Sequence record: OR896820.1
Reading direction: 5' to 3' (one strand)
DNA: 64,000 nt
Origin: Escherchia phage Stokescottia
A program made the position numbers and the translations under genes. The notes beneath the pieces were generated by a model that searched no databases, was not told where the DNA came from, and worked only from the letters and a program-made list of their open reading frames with translations. How positions within the stretch are numbered: position 1 is the stretch's first letter; each line of letters opens with the position of its first letter. Positions 49,932 through 60,332 of this stretch are shown piece after piece.

Positions 49932-51806
49932 TTACTTAGCTCGAATATCCTGATGCTTCACTCTGCCCATCACCTCGTGCTGTTTGCCAGGGTTAAATGG
50001 ACGAGCACCTGGATTTCCAAGATACCCACAAACTCGACGAGTTACTTCAAGAGTTTCGGGGTCATGATTACCACAGATAGGGCACTTAAATCCATCTTCG
50101 GATGCTATTGTTTCACCTAAGAATCCACATTTACCACAAGAATCCACTGGAGTATTAATACCAAAGTAATGAACCTTACTAGCCGCATAATTAATAACCC
50201 ATTCCAGTGCATCTGGGAATCGTTTCATATCCGGTAGTTCTACATAGGAAATGCACCCACCAGAAGCAATCGGAGTAAAGTTAGACTCATAATCAAATTT
50301 CACGTTAGGAGCAACTTTACGTTCCACATCAAGGTGGTGAGAGTTAGTGTAGTATCCTTTGGACAGAATATCTTCATGCTCCGGGAAATATTCACGGTCT
50401 AGACGACAAAAACGGTCACATAGGGATTCTGATGGTGTAGCATACAGGCTATAGCCTAACTTAGTTTCTTCCTTCTTCTGATCGACTCTATCCCGCATGT
50501 ACTGCAATACACGCTGAACAAACTTGATGCAGGTCTCGGACATTGTGTCCACATCTTTGCCAAACATGAACTGTAGCATTTCATGGCAACCAATATACCC
50601 TAGAGATACAGAAGCACGGTTATAGAAATGATCGAATACATATTCATCAGGCTCCAAGCGTAACCCAAAGGCTCCTGACATATAGAGGATGGGTGCAGCT
50701 TTAGCTTGGATGTATTTTAAGCGATCAACTCTCCACTCCAATGCTTTTAACGCTGTATCCACACGTAGCTCAAGCAAATCAAAGAATAGATCAATATTTC
50801 CTTCAGCTTCGATAGCAATTCTAGGCAAGTTTACAGAAACAACACCTAAGTTATTACGACCGGCAGTTTCACCGTCTTCTGTAGCAGCTAGGAATGAACG
50901 GCAGCCCATAGAAACTTTATAGTCTCCAGTAACTTCCACAACCTTATCATAGCTGATATAATCTGGATACATACGTTCAGACGTACATTTCATAGCTAAC
51001 TTCTTGATGTCATAATTAACATCTCCTGGTTTCATGTTAACACCATCACGAAGTACAAATACCAGTTTCGGGAAGATAGCTGTACGTTTATTGATACCTA
51101 AACCATCCATGCGTACTTTCAGTATTGCTTTCTGTACTAGACGTGCTTCCCAAGAAGTTCCTAGACCAAAACCAAAGGCAATAAAGGGACTCTGACCATT
51201 AGAGTTAAACATGGTATTGATTTCATATTCTAAACCCTGACAAGCGTCATAGACTTCTTTTTCAGTCATCTCCGTAGCCATTACGGATGCTTTGGCTTCA
51301 TCCTTAGTCCAACGTTTTGCAAACGCATGATTTTTGTCATAGGATTTACGAACATAAGGAGCTAATACTTCATCAAGGCGATCTACAGAGGTACCACCAT
51401 ACTGATGGGAGCTAACTTGAGTGATAATCTGAGCAGTAATAGCCGCCGCAGTAGTGATAGAGTTTGGAGTGCTAATTTCAGCATTACCAACCTTCATACC
51501 ATTCTTCAACATATCTTCCAGGGCTACCAGACAACAGTTAGTCATGCCTAATGCAGCATAATCAGCATCATGGAAATGAATATCCCCAATCATATGAGCA
51601 TTTCGAATCTGAATTGGCATTTCTTCTAGAATTAGATACTTACTCAATTCACCTGCAAGCATATCCCTTTGTGTAGGGAAACGTTCTGAGGGTTTATTGG
51701 CATTATTAAATAACAGTTCTTCATCTGCTGACCCTTCGATAATCTCTTTGCAGTTTCTAATTAATGCCTGCATTTCTTTATATTTTAGTTCTTCATTACG
51801 ATTCAT
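49932..51806 (-). CDS. nrdD: Anaerobic ribonucleoside-triphosphate reductase (class III)
   Basis: 624 aa; C-terminal zinc site 'CGKCGF...CPICG' and glycyl-radical motif 'RRVCGYLG'; consensus TTGACA-N17-TATAAT promoter. Confidence 0.7.
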   Translation of the reverse strand: MNRNEELKYKEMQALIRNCKEIIEGSADEELLFNNANKPSERFPTQRDMLAGELSKYLILEEMPIQIRNAHMIGDIHFHDADYAALGMTNCCLVALEDMLKNGMKVGNAEISTPNSITTAAAITAQIITQVSSHQYGGTSVDRLDEVLAPYVRKSYDKNHAFAKRWTKDEAKASVMATEMTEKEVYDACQGLEYEINTMFNSNGQSPFIAFGFGLGTSWEARLVQKAILKVRMDGLGINKRTAIFPKLVFVLRDGVNMKPGDVNYDIKKLAMKCTSERMYPDYISYDKVVEVTGDYKVSMGCRSFLAATEDGETAGRNNLGVVSVNLPRIAIEAEGNIDLFFDLLELRVDTALKALEWRVDRLKYIQAKAAPILYMSGAFGLRLEPDEYVFDHFYNRASVSLGYIGCHEMLQFMFGKDVDTMSETCIKFVQRVLQYMRDRVDQKKEETKLGYSLYATPSESLCDRFCRLDREYFPEHEDILSKGYYTNSHHLDVERKVAPNVKFDYESNFTPIASGGCISYVELPDMKRFPDALEWVINYAASKVHYFGINTPVDSCGKCGFLGETIASEDGFKCPICGNHDPETLEVTRRVCGYLGNPGARPFNPGKQHEVMGRVKHQDIRAK

Positions 51807-51835
51807 TATACCCTCCTTCTCTAACTAAGACTACT

Positions 51836-51864
51836 ATTATAACTCATTCGAGGGCGGATGTCAA
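51836..51864 (-). promoter_or_regulatory. Consensus sigma70 promoter (TTGACA-N17-TATAAT) for nrdD
   Basis: Perfect hexamers with 17-nt spacing upstream of the nrdD RBS. Confidence 0.65.
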
Positions 51865-51915
51865 CAATATTTTACTATAAAGTTCTGTAACATGATCTGA
51901 GTCAAAAAATTTTAT

Positions 51916-51944
51916 TTGCCAACCTCTATTAAAAATTGTATAAT
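51916..51944 (+). promoter_or_regulatory. Promoter (TTGCCA-N17-TATAAT) in the divergent control region
   Basis: Hexamers with 17-nt spacing and A-rich upstream sequence. Confidence 0.5.
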
Positions 51945-52056
51945 CACGCACTCGTGTATGCGATATAAAATGATTATCTAGTATCACACATCTCCCGTTA
52001 AAAGCAAGCAAATTTTTTATTTAAATGCAATATCATAGGCTTATTTAAAATTGTAG

Positions 52057-52085
52057 TTGCTTTTTACTGTATATATTGGTATAAT
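52057..52085 (+). promoter_or_regulatory. Promoter (TTGCTT-N17-TATAAT) for phoH
   Basis: Hexamers with 17-nt spacing about 70 nt upstream of the phoH start. Confidence 0.6.
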
Positions 52086-52158
52086 ATATTTGTAAGTTGA
52101 TAAACAAGATCTTTTTGTTGATCCTCTGTTAGCGAAGTACACTATAGGAGTGTTATTT

Positions 52159-52911
52159 ATGGGAAAAGCACGTCAAAAAAGAGAGAACCGCAATGGTTCA
52201 AGAAAGCGTGGCAACAAATATGAGAACAACGTAATTCAGGCTGATTTTTCTAATGATTACGCTAATCCAGTTGCTAAATCCCTAGTAGGTAAAAACCGCG
52301 AGCAAAAATCATATATCAATATGATCAAGAACAACACAGTGACTGTGGGTATCGGTGAGCCAGGTACTGGTAAAACCTTTATTCCGTCCGTTCTTGCAGC
52401 TCAGGAACTCGTAGACATTCACTCAGATATTGAGCAGGTGATTCTCGTACGTCCTAATGAACCTCTAGGTAAGTCTCTTGGTATGCTTCCTGGTGATCTA
52501 GCAGAAAAGCTAGAGCCTTGGTTAGAGCCAATAGCTGATGGTATGAAATGGGCCATCGGTGATCATGCCTATAAGGGATATGTCGAACGTCAGAAAATTA
52601 AATTTTTGGCTATCGAACATGCTCGTGGCAGAACTTTCAACAACTCCTATGTAATTGTCGATGAAGCTCAGAATATTTCCGTTGAGGCAATGATTTGTCT
52701 CCTAACTCGTGTAGGACAAGACTGCCGTTTAATTATCTGCGGAGATATAGCTCAGAAAGACATTAAAGGTGACTCAGGTCTAGCACTCCTTATGGAAGTC
52801 TATGAGAAATACGAAAATGCCCCATTCTCAATGATCGAATTGATTGATAACGTTCGTTCTGTTGAGTCTAAAGCATTCTATGATATTTTTAAAGACATGG
52901 GGAAGGTGTAA
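52159..52911 (+). CDS. phoH: PhoH-like ATPase (start at MGKARQ; the track uses GTG at 52150)
   Basis: Walker A 'GEPGTGKTF', Walker B 'VIVDEAQN'; AGGAG RBS 8 nt upstream. Confidence 0.75.
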   Translation: MGKARQKRENRNGSRKRGNKYENNVIQADFSNDYANPVAKSLVGKNREQKSYINMIKNNTVTVGIGEPGTGKTFIPSVLAAQELVDIHSDIEQVILVRPNEPLGKSLGMLPGDLAEKLEPWLEPIADGMKWAIGDHAYKGYVERQKIKFLAIEHARGRTFNNSYVIVDEAQNISVEAMICLLTRVGQDCRLIICGDIAQKDIKGDSGLALLMEVYEKYENAPFSMIELIDNVRSVESKAFYDIFKDMGKV

Positions 52912-52912
52912 T

Positions 52913-53155
52913 ATGGGAAACGTCGTTCATCTGAGCCGTAAAACTAAAATACATCGTACTTCACTGAGTGCTGCTAATATGATTACACGTAAGGAAGGGG
53001 AAGAAAGTCCTAAGACAGCCCTAGCGTGGAAAATTGTAACCTCAAATCCAAATAAACCATTCAATTATAACGAGCTGAGCACCTCCATAGATATTCTATT
53101 AAAAGAAGTTGCTAGAGCTAAAGTAATTGAACAAGCTAAAAAGCTAGACTGGTAA
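52913..53155 (+). CDS. Hypothetical protein
   Basis: 80-aa ORF with GGAAGG RBS (inner start of the track ORF 52844-53155). Confidence 0.3.
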   Translation: MGNVVHLSRKTKIHRTSLSAANMITRKEGEESPKTALAWKIVTSNPNKPFNYNELSTSIDILLKEVARAKVIEQAKKLDW

Positions 53156-53275
53156 TATACAGGCCTGGGTATGAAAATACTCGGGCCTTTTCTATCAGAA
53201 AATTTTATTTGCCTAATGACCGATAATAAAGTAGAATATTCCTTAAATCCTGATAACTATAAAAAGGAAAGCCAA

Positions 53276-55606
53276 ATGAGCCATCGCATTGAAAAAGTAA
53301 TTAAACGTGACGGTACTGTAGAAGACTTTGCTCCTGAAAAACTCAATGGTTGGGCGGAGTATGGTTGCAAAACAGTTGATGTAAGTTGGTCAGCCATTAC
53401 TATGGCTGCTCAAAAAACTCTGCCTAAAGGGGTTGTAGATTCCGACACTCTGATGGATGCATTAATTAAAGCTGCTGAAAGTCTTATTAAAGATAATCCA
53501 GCATATGATGTGCCAGCAAAGGAGTTACGTCTTGCGCAAATGCGTAAACGCCTTTATGATTCTTTCGAACCACCTTCTCTACGCTTCTTCCATGACCATA
53601 TGGTTAGCGTAGGTGCATGGGAAGACATGAGTGCATGGATTACCGATGAACAATTTGAAGCTCTGAATCAGGTTATCGACCATGATCGTGATCGTCTTTT
53701 TACTAGTGGTGGGCTGAAGCAGTTCTTTGATAAATATTCCCGTCGTAACATAGCCACTGGTGAAATTTATGAAACTCCGCAGTTTGCCTACATGGGTATG
53801 GCAATGGCGATGCTATCTCAACCTAACTGGACAATTCTAGATGCAATCGACCTCTACAACGCAATGTCACTCCACAAAATCAACGTTCCTACGCCGCCAT
53901 TGGTTGGTCTGCGCTCTAGTGACCGTGGATTTGCTAGTTGCTGCCTCGTGGATTCCACTGACACGTTGGATTCAATTGACACCGCCGAGCACATCGTCTT
54001 CAAAATGGTCGCAGCCAGAGCGGGAATCGGGTATCATCTTGAAAGCCGATCAATTGCTGATCCGGTGCGAAATGGGGCATTCCCGCATTCCGGAAAACTG
54101 CCATATTATCGACACATTGACCGCTCAGTAAAGGCCAATACTCAGCAAACTCGTGGTGGTTCTGCCACAGTGTCTTATCCATACTTCGACCCTGAAATCA
54201 TTCAATTGATGCAGGTTAAGCAACAACGTGCTACAGATGAGAATAAAATCGATAAGATGGATTATTCCCTGAGCTTTAACAATCTTTTGTTAAAACGTTA
54301 TCTTAAAAACGAAGATATTACGCTAATGTCATACTTCTATGCTCCAGAAGTTCATGAAGCGTTTTATAGTGATGACGAGGCTAAATTTGAAGAAATCTAC
54401 GTGGCAGCGGAGAAACGTGTGGCATCTCTTACAAAAATCGACCATGAAGGAAAAACAGTTCCTGCAGCTCCTAAAGTCTCCGCAAAAGAAATCCTAGATA
54501 CTTGGCTACGTATTCGAATGGAAACAGGACGTATGTACGCTCATCACATCGGGGAATCTAACCGTCACGGTAACTTCCTTGATCCGATCCGTATGACAAA
54601 CCTTTGTGTTGAAATTACTCAGCCTACACGCCCGTTCCATCATATCACGGAACTGTATAAAACAAAAGAACAACTCGATCAAATGAAGCCGGAGGATATT
54701 GGTGAAGTATCTCTGTGTAACTTAGGTGGTGTTGTACTTGGACGCATGGAATCTCTGGCCGAGTGGGAAAAAACCTGCTACATCCTCCTGAAATTCGTTG
54801 ATACAATTATTGAAATTCAGGATTATCCGTTCCCAACTATGGAATATACTGCTAAGAAACGTCGTAATGTTGGTATTGGCCTGATGAACGCAGCAGGTGC
54901 AATGGCAGCAGAAGGTCTGGCTTATGAAGGTATTGAAGCCCGTAACTGGATTCACCGTGAGGCTGAAAAACTGTCTTACTTCCTGCATAAAGCCTCTGTA
55001 CGCCTAGCTAAAGAACAGGGTGCATGTGAGTGGTTTGATCGTACTAAACCATCTAAAGGAATTCTGGTAATCGACACGTACAAGAAAACTGTTGATGAAC
55101 TGGTATCCGTAGGTCTAGAAATGGATTGGGAGTCTCTGCGTGCAGATATTCTGAAATATGGTATGCGTAACTCTGTTCTGACTGCTCAGATGCCGGGAGA
55201 AAGTTCTTCTGTTCTGTTAGGTGTTACTAACTCTATTGAACCGCCTCGTAAGATTGTATCTATCAAAGGTAGTGCAGTAAATAAAGTAATTGCAATTGCT
55301 CCAGGTGCAACCGATTGGGAAACGTTAATGAGCTATAAACTGGCTTATGATGTAGATCGTATCGAGTGGATCAAGTGGGTAGCAACTATGCAGAAATTCT
55401 TCAGTCAGTCTATCAGTACGAATATGTACTATGACTACACCAAGTTTGAGAATGAAATCATTCCTGGCCCAGTAGTAGTTCGTGATTTCATGACTGCTGT
55501 TAAGTATGGGTGGAAAACTTGGTATTATGCTAACTTCAATACCGCAAATGGTGGAGGTGCTGGAGAAGAAGCAGCCGGTTGTGCATCCGGTGGTTGTACT
55601 ATTTAA
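53276..55606 (+). CDS. nrdA: Ribonucleotide reductase class Ia alpha subunit
   Basis: 776 aa from MSHRIEKVIKRDG (ATP-cone start); C-terminal 'CASGGC' redox pair; AAGGAAA RBS. Confidence 0.85.
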   Translation: MSHRIEKVIKRDGTVEDFAPEKLNGWAEYGCKTVDVSWSAITMAAQKTLPKGVVDSDTLMDALIKAAESLIKDNPAYDVPAKELRLAQMRKRLYDSFEPPSLRFFHDHMVSVGAWEDMSAWITDEQFEALNQVIDHDRDRLFTSGGLKQFFDKYSRRNIATGEIYETPQFAYMGMAMAMLSQPNWTILDAIDLYNAMSLHKINVPTPPLVGLRSSDRGFASCCLVDSTDTLDSIDTAEHIVFKMVAARAGIGYHLESRSIADPVRNGAFPHSGKLPYYRHIDRSVKANTQQTRGGSATVSYPYFDPEIIQLMQVKQQRATDENKIDKMDYSLSFNNLLLKRYLKNEDITLMSYFYAPEVHEAFYSDDEAKFEEIYVAAEKRVASLTKIDHEGKTVPAAPKVSAKEILDTWLRIRMETGRMYAHHIGESNRHGNFLDPIRMTNLCVEITQPTRPFHHITELYKTKEQLDQMKPEDIGEVSLCNLGGVVLGRMESLAEWEKTCYILLKFVDTIIEIQDYPFPTMEYTAKKRRNVGIGLMNAAGAMAAEGLAYEGIEARNWIHREAEKLSYFLHKASVRLAKEQGACEWFDRTKPSKGILVIDTYKKTVDELVSVGLEMDWESLRADILKYGMRNSVLTAQMPGESSSVLLGVTNSIEPPRKIVSIKGSAVNKVIAIAPGATDWETLMSYKLAYDVDRIEWIKWVATMQKFFSQSISTNMYYDYTKFENEIIPGPVVVRDFMTAVKYGWKTWYYANFNTANGGGAGEEAAGCASGGCTI

Positions 55607-55615
55607 TAAAAACAA

Positions 55616-55643
55616 GGAGATCTTCGGGTCTCCTTTTTCTTTG
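55616..55643 (+). terminator. Terminator after nrdA
   Basis: GGAGATC-TTCG-GGTCTCC followed by TTTTTCTTT. Confidence 0.7.
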
Positions 55644-55652
55644 AAATTTTAC

Positions 55653-55681
55653 TTGCTAATCGCTACCAGATTTGCTATAAT
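55653..55681 (+). promoter_or_regulatory. Promoter (TTGCTA-N17-TATAAT) for nrdB
   Basis: Hexamers with 17-nt spacing just after the nrdA terminator. Confidence 0.6.
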
Positions 55682-55712
55682 ATTCCTGAAATAGTGAGAA
55701 AGAGGAAAATCA

Positions 55713-56858
55713 ATGACTACTTTACTAAACCTGAATTGGGATCATACTAACGCTGACCTTTTCCTGGGAGATTCTCTCGGTATCGCAGATTATGTACGTG
55801 TAGCACATCCAGAACTAGAACGTCTGGCACTTCTGCAACGCTCTCAATTTTGGACTGAAACTGAAATCAGTCTGGAAGCAGATAAGAAACAATGGCCTAA
55901 TCTCCCGCGTGAAATTCAGGAAATTACACTCCTGAACTTAGCATGGCAGACTCAAACTGATTCCTTTATCAGTCGTGCTCCTGAAGCAGCTATTATGCCG
56001 CTTGTAAGTCGTCCAGAATTGGAAGGTATGCTCAAGCAGTGGAGCTACTTCGAAGATCTGCATAGTCGTGCTTATAGTAATATTATTCGTAATGTACTGA
56101 CTGATCCAGCAGAATTTATTGATTCTGTAACCAAAAACCAGGAAGCATTCGCACGAATCGCTGATTCTGTTGAGCTATTTGATGAGCTATATCAGTTAGG
56201 TCAGTATTTCATCGCAGTACGTGATCATCGTGGTGACAATACATATCCAGAAACTGAGTTCCCTGAAGTTAAACGTGAAACTCAGGCTAAACTATTAGAC
56301 GCTTACTTTGCGATCTATGGTCTGGAAGCAATGCAGTTCTACGCATCCTTTGCATGTACCTTTGCATTAGCAGAGAACGATATTCTGCAAGGTATTGCTA
56401 AAAATCTGCAATTAATCGCTAAAGATGAAGCTCTGCACACTCAGATGTCCAAAGCAATCATCCAGATTATGTTCCAGCAGTTTGACAAAGATCTGGTGGA
56501 TGAAGCAGTGGCTAAAGCACCAGCACAGCTCCTGAAAACTCTGAAAACTGAAATTGAATGGGGTCATTTCATCTTCAAAGGTCGTAGTCTGATTGGCTTG
56601 AATGCAGAACTTCTAGAAGAATATCTGTACTTTGTGGGGCGTAATGCATTTATGCACATCGGTGTAGAATGGCCTAGTCATTTACCAGTAATCACCAAAA
56701 ACCCTATTCCGTGGATCATGAACTGGTTGGATACCACTTCTTTACAGCCTGCTCCACAAGAAATCCAGATTGGTGCAGCATATCGTGTAGGTCAGGTAAC
56801 TGAGACCTCTACTGATACTCTGAAAGATCTGGGTAATGAATTTGGAGATTTCTTATGA
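55713..56858 (+). CDS. nrdB: Ribonucleotide reductase class Ia beta subunit
   Basis: 381 aa directly downstream of nrdA; own promoter. Confidence 0.75.
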   Translation: MTTLLNLNWDHTNADLFLGDSLGIADYVRVAHPELERLALLQRSQFWTETEISLEADKKQWPNLPREIQEITLLNLAWQTQTDSFISRAPEAAIMPLVSRPELEGMLKQWSYFEDLHSRAYSNIIRNVLTDPAEFIDSVTKNQEAFARIADSVELFDELYQLGQYFIAVRDHRGDNTYPETEFPEVKRETQAKLLDAYFAIYGLEAMQFYASFACTFALAENDILQGIAKNLQLIAKDEALHTQMSKAIIQIMFQQFDKDLVDEAVAKAPAQLLKTLKTEIEWGHFIFKGRSLIGLNAELLEEYLYFVGRNAFMHIGVEWPSHLPVITKNPIPWIMNWLDTTSLQPAPQEIQIGAAYRVGQVTETSTDTLKDLGNEFGDFL

Positions 56859-57388
56859 TTACAGCAATGTATGCAGTTGGGCCGAATGGGGAGTTCGGCC
56901 TCCGCGGTAAACTTCCATGGGGTTCCTTCAAAGAAGAACTAGATGCTTTCTATTCTCAATTGGACGTGTTGAATCCAGATAACATCATCATTGGTGCTGG
57001 TACTTATTTAGCTCTCCCATACGCCGTTAGGGAACGTATGATTGGAGCTTCCGACCTATTTATTCGTGCTGATCGTCCACTGCCAGACGATATTACACAT
57101 GATATTTACACCCCAATTTCTAAGATCGGGGATACATTGCCTACGTTCTTAAAAGATCAACAGACAGTGGTTTTAGGTGGTGCAACATTACTGTACGAAA
57201 TGTATATTCATGGTCATATTGAAAGTGCTTTCGTATCCACAATCTTTAGTAATCAAAAACTAGAGGCAGATGTACATCTGGATAATACGATTCTAGATTA
57301 CAACTATGAATCTACTCGTTTAGTTTACGCAACCGGCGCAAACAGTGATAACAGCCTGCGATTTGTACAGGAATTGGTTACTTATTAA
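56855..57388 (+). CDS. frd: Dihydrofolate reductase
   Basis: 177 aa; N-terminal '[22 protein letters not shown]'. Confidence 0.8.
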   Translation: MITAMYAVGPNGEFGLRGKLPWGSFKEELDAFYSQLDVLNPDNIIIGAGTYLALPYAVRERMIGASDLFIRADRPLPDDITHDIYTPISKIGDTLPTFLKDQQTVVLGGATLLYEMYIHGHIESAFVSTIFSNQKLEADVHLDNTILDYNYESTRLVYATGANSDNSLRFVQELVTY

Positions 57389-58242
57389 TGGATCAGTATA
57401 TCGAAGTTGGAAAACGTATTCTATCAGAGGGTCAGTGGGTAACGAATCCTAGAACAGGGGTTCGTTGCCTCACTATTATTGATGCAGACTTTACTTTTAA
57501 CGTAGGTGCAGGTGAATTTCCACTTATTACTACTCGTAAGGCGTTTGCAAAACAAGCAATAATGGAAATGATTGGGTATCTACGTGGGTATGATTCAGCA
57601 GCACAATTCCGCGCTATTGGTGTTAACACATGGAATGCTAATGCAAATGAAAACTTAGCTTGGCTAGACAATCCATACCGTAAAGGTGAGGATGATATGG
57701 GACGAGTCTATGGTGTTCAAGGACGTCAGTGGACTAATTCCGATGGTCTTATGTTTGACCAACTAGCCAAGATTTATCATAATCTGAAAAATGGCATTGA
57801 TGATCGTGGGGAAATTCTAACATTCTGGAATCCGGGAGAGTTCTCAAAGGGTTGCTTACGTCCATGTATGCACACTCATCAGTTCTCTATTTTGGGAGAT
57901 ACATTATATCTGAACTCTTTCCAGAGATCTAATGACTTCCTGTTAGGCCAAGTATTTAACATGGTTCAGTGCTATACGCTTCTAGCATTAATGGCACAGA
58001 TTACAGGCCTTAAACCAGGAATTGCACGCCAGAAGATTATCAATCTTCATATCTATGAGGATCAGTATAACGTTCTTATGGAGCATAAGCAATTCGATCG
58101 TGAACCTTTTGCACCTCCTACTCTAGAAATCAATCCAAATATCCGAACTCTGGAGGATGTATTGACCTGGGTAAATAAGGATGATTTTACTGTTCGTGGT
58201 TACAAACACCATCCTGCTATTGCATACCCCTTTACGGTATAA
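57388..58242 (+). CDS. thyA: Thymidylate synthase
   Basis: 284 aa; catalytic Cys in '[10 protein letters not shown]'. Confidence 0.8.
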   Translation: MDQYIEVGKRILSEGQWVTNPRTGVRCLTIIDADFTFNVGAGEFPLITTRKAFAKQAIMEMIGYLRGYDSAAQFRAIGVNTWNANANENLAWLDNPYRKGEDDMGRVYGVQGRQWTNSDGLMFDQLAKIYHNLKNGIDDRGEILTFWNPGEFSKGCLRPCMHTHQFSILGDTLYLNSFQRSNDFLLGQVFNMVQCYTLLALMAQITGLKPGIARQKIINLHIYEDQYNVLMEHKQFDREPFAPPTLEINPNIRTLEDVLTWVNKDDFTVRGYKHHPAIAYPFTV

Positions 58243-58245
58243 TAT

Positions 58246-58599
58246 ATGTTTACAATATTATTATTTGTTATATTCTTCCTGAAACATTTTATGGCTGATT
58301 ATCCCCTCCAAACTCCATACATGTTAAGGAAGACTCACAAAATAGGATGGAAACTTCCATTACTAACCCATTCTCTAGTACATGCTGGACTAACCTTTAT
58401 AATTCTTACTATGTTCACATCACTAGGAATGGCTATAACTTTAGCTATAATGGAATTAATCCTACACTTTATCATAGATTACTGGAAAGCACAACGCTGT
58501 AAATACGATATAAGTGATTCCAAGTTTTGGATAGCTTTAGGATTTGATCAGTTACTCCATTACTTAACCTATGCTCTCATAATCTTGATTATAATTTAA
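58246..58599 (+). CDS. Small hydrophobic membrane protein
   Basis: 117 aa, AT-rich, several hydrophobic helices. Confidence 0.3.
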   Translation: MFTILLFVIFFLKHFMADYPLQTPYMLRKTHKIGWKLPLLTHSLVHAGLTFIILTMFTSLGMAITLAIMELILHFIIDYWKAQRCKYDISDSKFWIALGFDQLLHYLTYALIILIII

Positions 58600-58604
58600 C
58601 TCAA

Positions 58605-58630
58605 ATAGCCCTTCGGGGCTATTATATTTA
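58605..58630 (+). terminator. Terminator-like hairpin after the membrane-protein gene
   Basis: ATAGCCC-TTCG-GGGCTAT followed by a T-rich stretch. Confidence 0.45.
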
Positions 58631-58638
58631 AATTTCAT

Positions 58639-58667
58639 TTGCTTATTTAGTGAAATTTAAATATAAT
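58639..58667 (+). promoter_or_regulatory. Promoter (TTGCTT-N17-TATAAT)
   Basis: Hexamers with 17-nt spacing upstream of gene 58693-58974. Confidence 0.55.
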
Positions 58668-58692
58668 ATATTTTATAAATTGGAGGTATATA

Positions 58693-58974
58693 ATGATTTC
58701 AGCCAAAGAAGCTCAAGAACTCGCAGGATTAACAGAAGTACCCGCATTTCTAAAGTTTATAGAAGAAAAGATTGTAGAAGCTGCTAAGTCTGGAAATACA
58801 GAAGTAATTATTCGAGATAATCCTTACGCTAGGTGGCTATATAATCCTAGAGAAATGCCAGGAGCAGCTAAATCAGTACTAAAAACCTTATCGGATAAGG
58901 GGTATCATCTCTCACAATACTACCGAGAAGCCGCCTTTGTAGACATGGGTCTTAAAATTAGTTGGGAGGTATAA
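58693..58974 (+). CDS. Hypothetical protein
   Basis: 93-aa ORF with GGAGGT RBS and own promoter. Confidence 0.3.
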   Translation: MISAKEAQELAGLTEVPAFLKFIEEKIVEAAKSGNTEVIIRDNPYARWLYNPREMPGAAKSVLKTLSDKGYHLSQYYREAAFVDMGLKISWEV

Positions 58975-59450
58975 TGTCGGTTTTCCACATTTACACAGAT
59001 GGTGCTTGTAAGTCTAACCCAGGTCCAGGTGCTTGGGGTTTTATTGTCTATGATGATAACGACGATCGTTTAGGTTCTAAATCTGGTTATAATCCTAAAA
59101 CTACAAATAATGAGATGGAACTCACAGCTATTGTAGAAGCTCTACGTTGGTCCGTTAAAAAAGATAATAGACCAATTGCTATCTATACTGACTCTGCTTA
59201 TTGCAAAAACGGCATGGAAAGTTGGATGTTTTCTTGGCAAAGGAAAGGCTGGAAGAAAGCAGATGGTGAAGTTCCTCTTAATCTAGAACTTTGGCAGGAA
59301 GCATTTAAATTAACACAGCAGTATATCAACTTTCATAATACTAATCCTACCTTTATTAAGGTTAAAGGACATTCTGGTATTAGTGGTAATGAAGCTGTAG
59401 ATGCATTGTGTAATACTGTTATTACTGAGCAAGAACTTGCCGAGATGTGA
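58974..59450 (+). CDS. rnhA: Ribonuclease H (start at MSVFHIYTDG; the track uses 58962)
   Basis: RNase HI motifs 'YTDGACKSNPGPGAWG', 'EMELTA', 'IYTDSAY'. Confidence 0.8.
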   Translation: MSVFHIYTDGACKSNPGPGAWGFIVYDDNDDRLGSKSGYNPKTTNNEMELTAIVEALRWSVKKDNRPIAIYTDSAYCKNGMESWMFSWQRKGWKKADGEVPLNLELWQEAFKLTQQYINFHNTNPTFIKVKGHSGISGNEAVDALCNTVITEQELAEM

Positions 59451-59470
59451 TAAATAAATTAAAAATTTTC

Positions 59471-59499
59471 TTGCTTAAAGCCCTCTAATTTAGTATAAT
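59471..59499 (+). promoter_or_regulatory. Promoter (TTGCTT-N17-TATAAT) for the NADAR gene pair
   Basis: Hexamers with 17-nt spacing, then GAGGAG RBS. Confidence 0.6.
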
Positions 59500-59526
59500 A
59501 TTCATATTGAAAGTGAGGAGGGCTTT

Positions 59527-59811
59527 ATGCGGATTTATAACTCAAATTCATTAGGATTTAAACCATTGAGAAAACGTGCACAATCACCTCGTCAAATAAG
59601 AAAGGCTAATATTGGTGAGCCAGAGACACGACTTCCACCTCCTCCAGAACAACGTTTAGTTTATCTGGACGAAGAATTAGCGGAATGCGAAAGAAAAGCT
59701 CAAGAAGAGATTGAGCGTAAGAAAATGTGTACTGCTCCAGCCTACTCCAAAGGGGCTTATCAGTATATCTATACAGCCGAGGAGGCTAAAGATGCGGGGC
59801 GTAAAAAATGA
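59527..59811 (+). CDS. Hypothetical protein, translationally coupled to the NADAR gene
   Basis: 94-aa ORF whose stop overlaps the NADAR ATG (ATGA). Confidence 0.3.
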   Translation: MRIYNSNSLGFKPLRKRAQSPRQIRKANIGEPETRLPPPPEQRLVYLDEELAECERKAQEEIERKKMCTAPAYSKGAYQYIYTAEEAKDAGRKK

Positions 59812-60257
59812 AGATTACTGAATTTAAAGGTACTTATAGTTTCTTATCAAACTTTTATTTATCACCAATTACTTTCGAATATCTAAATGAAATATGGCAT
59901 GCTGATACTGTAGAACATGCTTTTCAGGCTATGAAATCCGACCAAAAAGATGATGTAGCTCATGTACTGCGCTCCCTAAATGCAGGAGTTGCCAAACGTA
60001 GAGGACGTAAATTAACTCTACGCTCTGACTGGGATAAGGTAAAAGATGATGTAATGCTAGAGCTTTTACGGTTAAAGTTTGCAATCCCTGATTTGAGAGA
60101 CAAACTGTTAGCAACAAAAAATGCAACTTTGATCGAAGGAAATACCTGGGGAGATACATATTGGGGTGTTTGCCGAGGCATTGGGGATAATACTCTAGGT
60201 GTTCTTTTGATGCAGGTAAGGTCTGAAATTAAAAGAAGCTTACAGTTAATAAATTAA
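59808..60257 (+). CDS. NADAR-domain (YbiA-like) protein
   Basis: 149 aa; 'FLSNFY', 'EHAFQAMK', 'KF..P.LR..LLAT....L.E....DTYWG'. Confidence 0.65.
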   Translation: MKITEFKGTYSFLSNFYLSPITFEYLNEIWHADTVEHAFQAMKSDQKDDVAHVLRSLNAGVAKRRGRKLTLRSDWDKVKDDVMLELLRLKFAIPDLRDKLLATKNATLIEGNTWGDTYWGVCRGIGDNTLGVLLMQVRSEIKRSLQLIN

Positions 60258-60265
60258 AAATTCAT

Positions 60266-60294
60266 TTGCTAAACGCTTCAAATTCTCGTATAAT
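60266..60294 (+). promoter_or_regulatory. Promoter (TTGCTA-N17-TATAAT)
   Basis: Hexamers with 17-nt spacing upstream of gene 60333-60848. Confidence 0.6.
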
Positions 60295-60332
60295 ATACTT
60301 CATAAATTGATAAACAAAAAGGAAAACAAATA

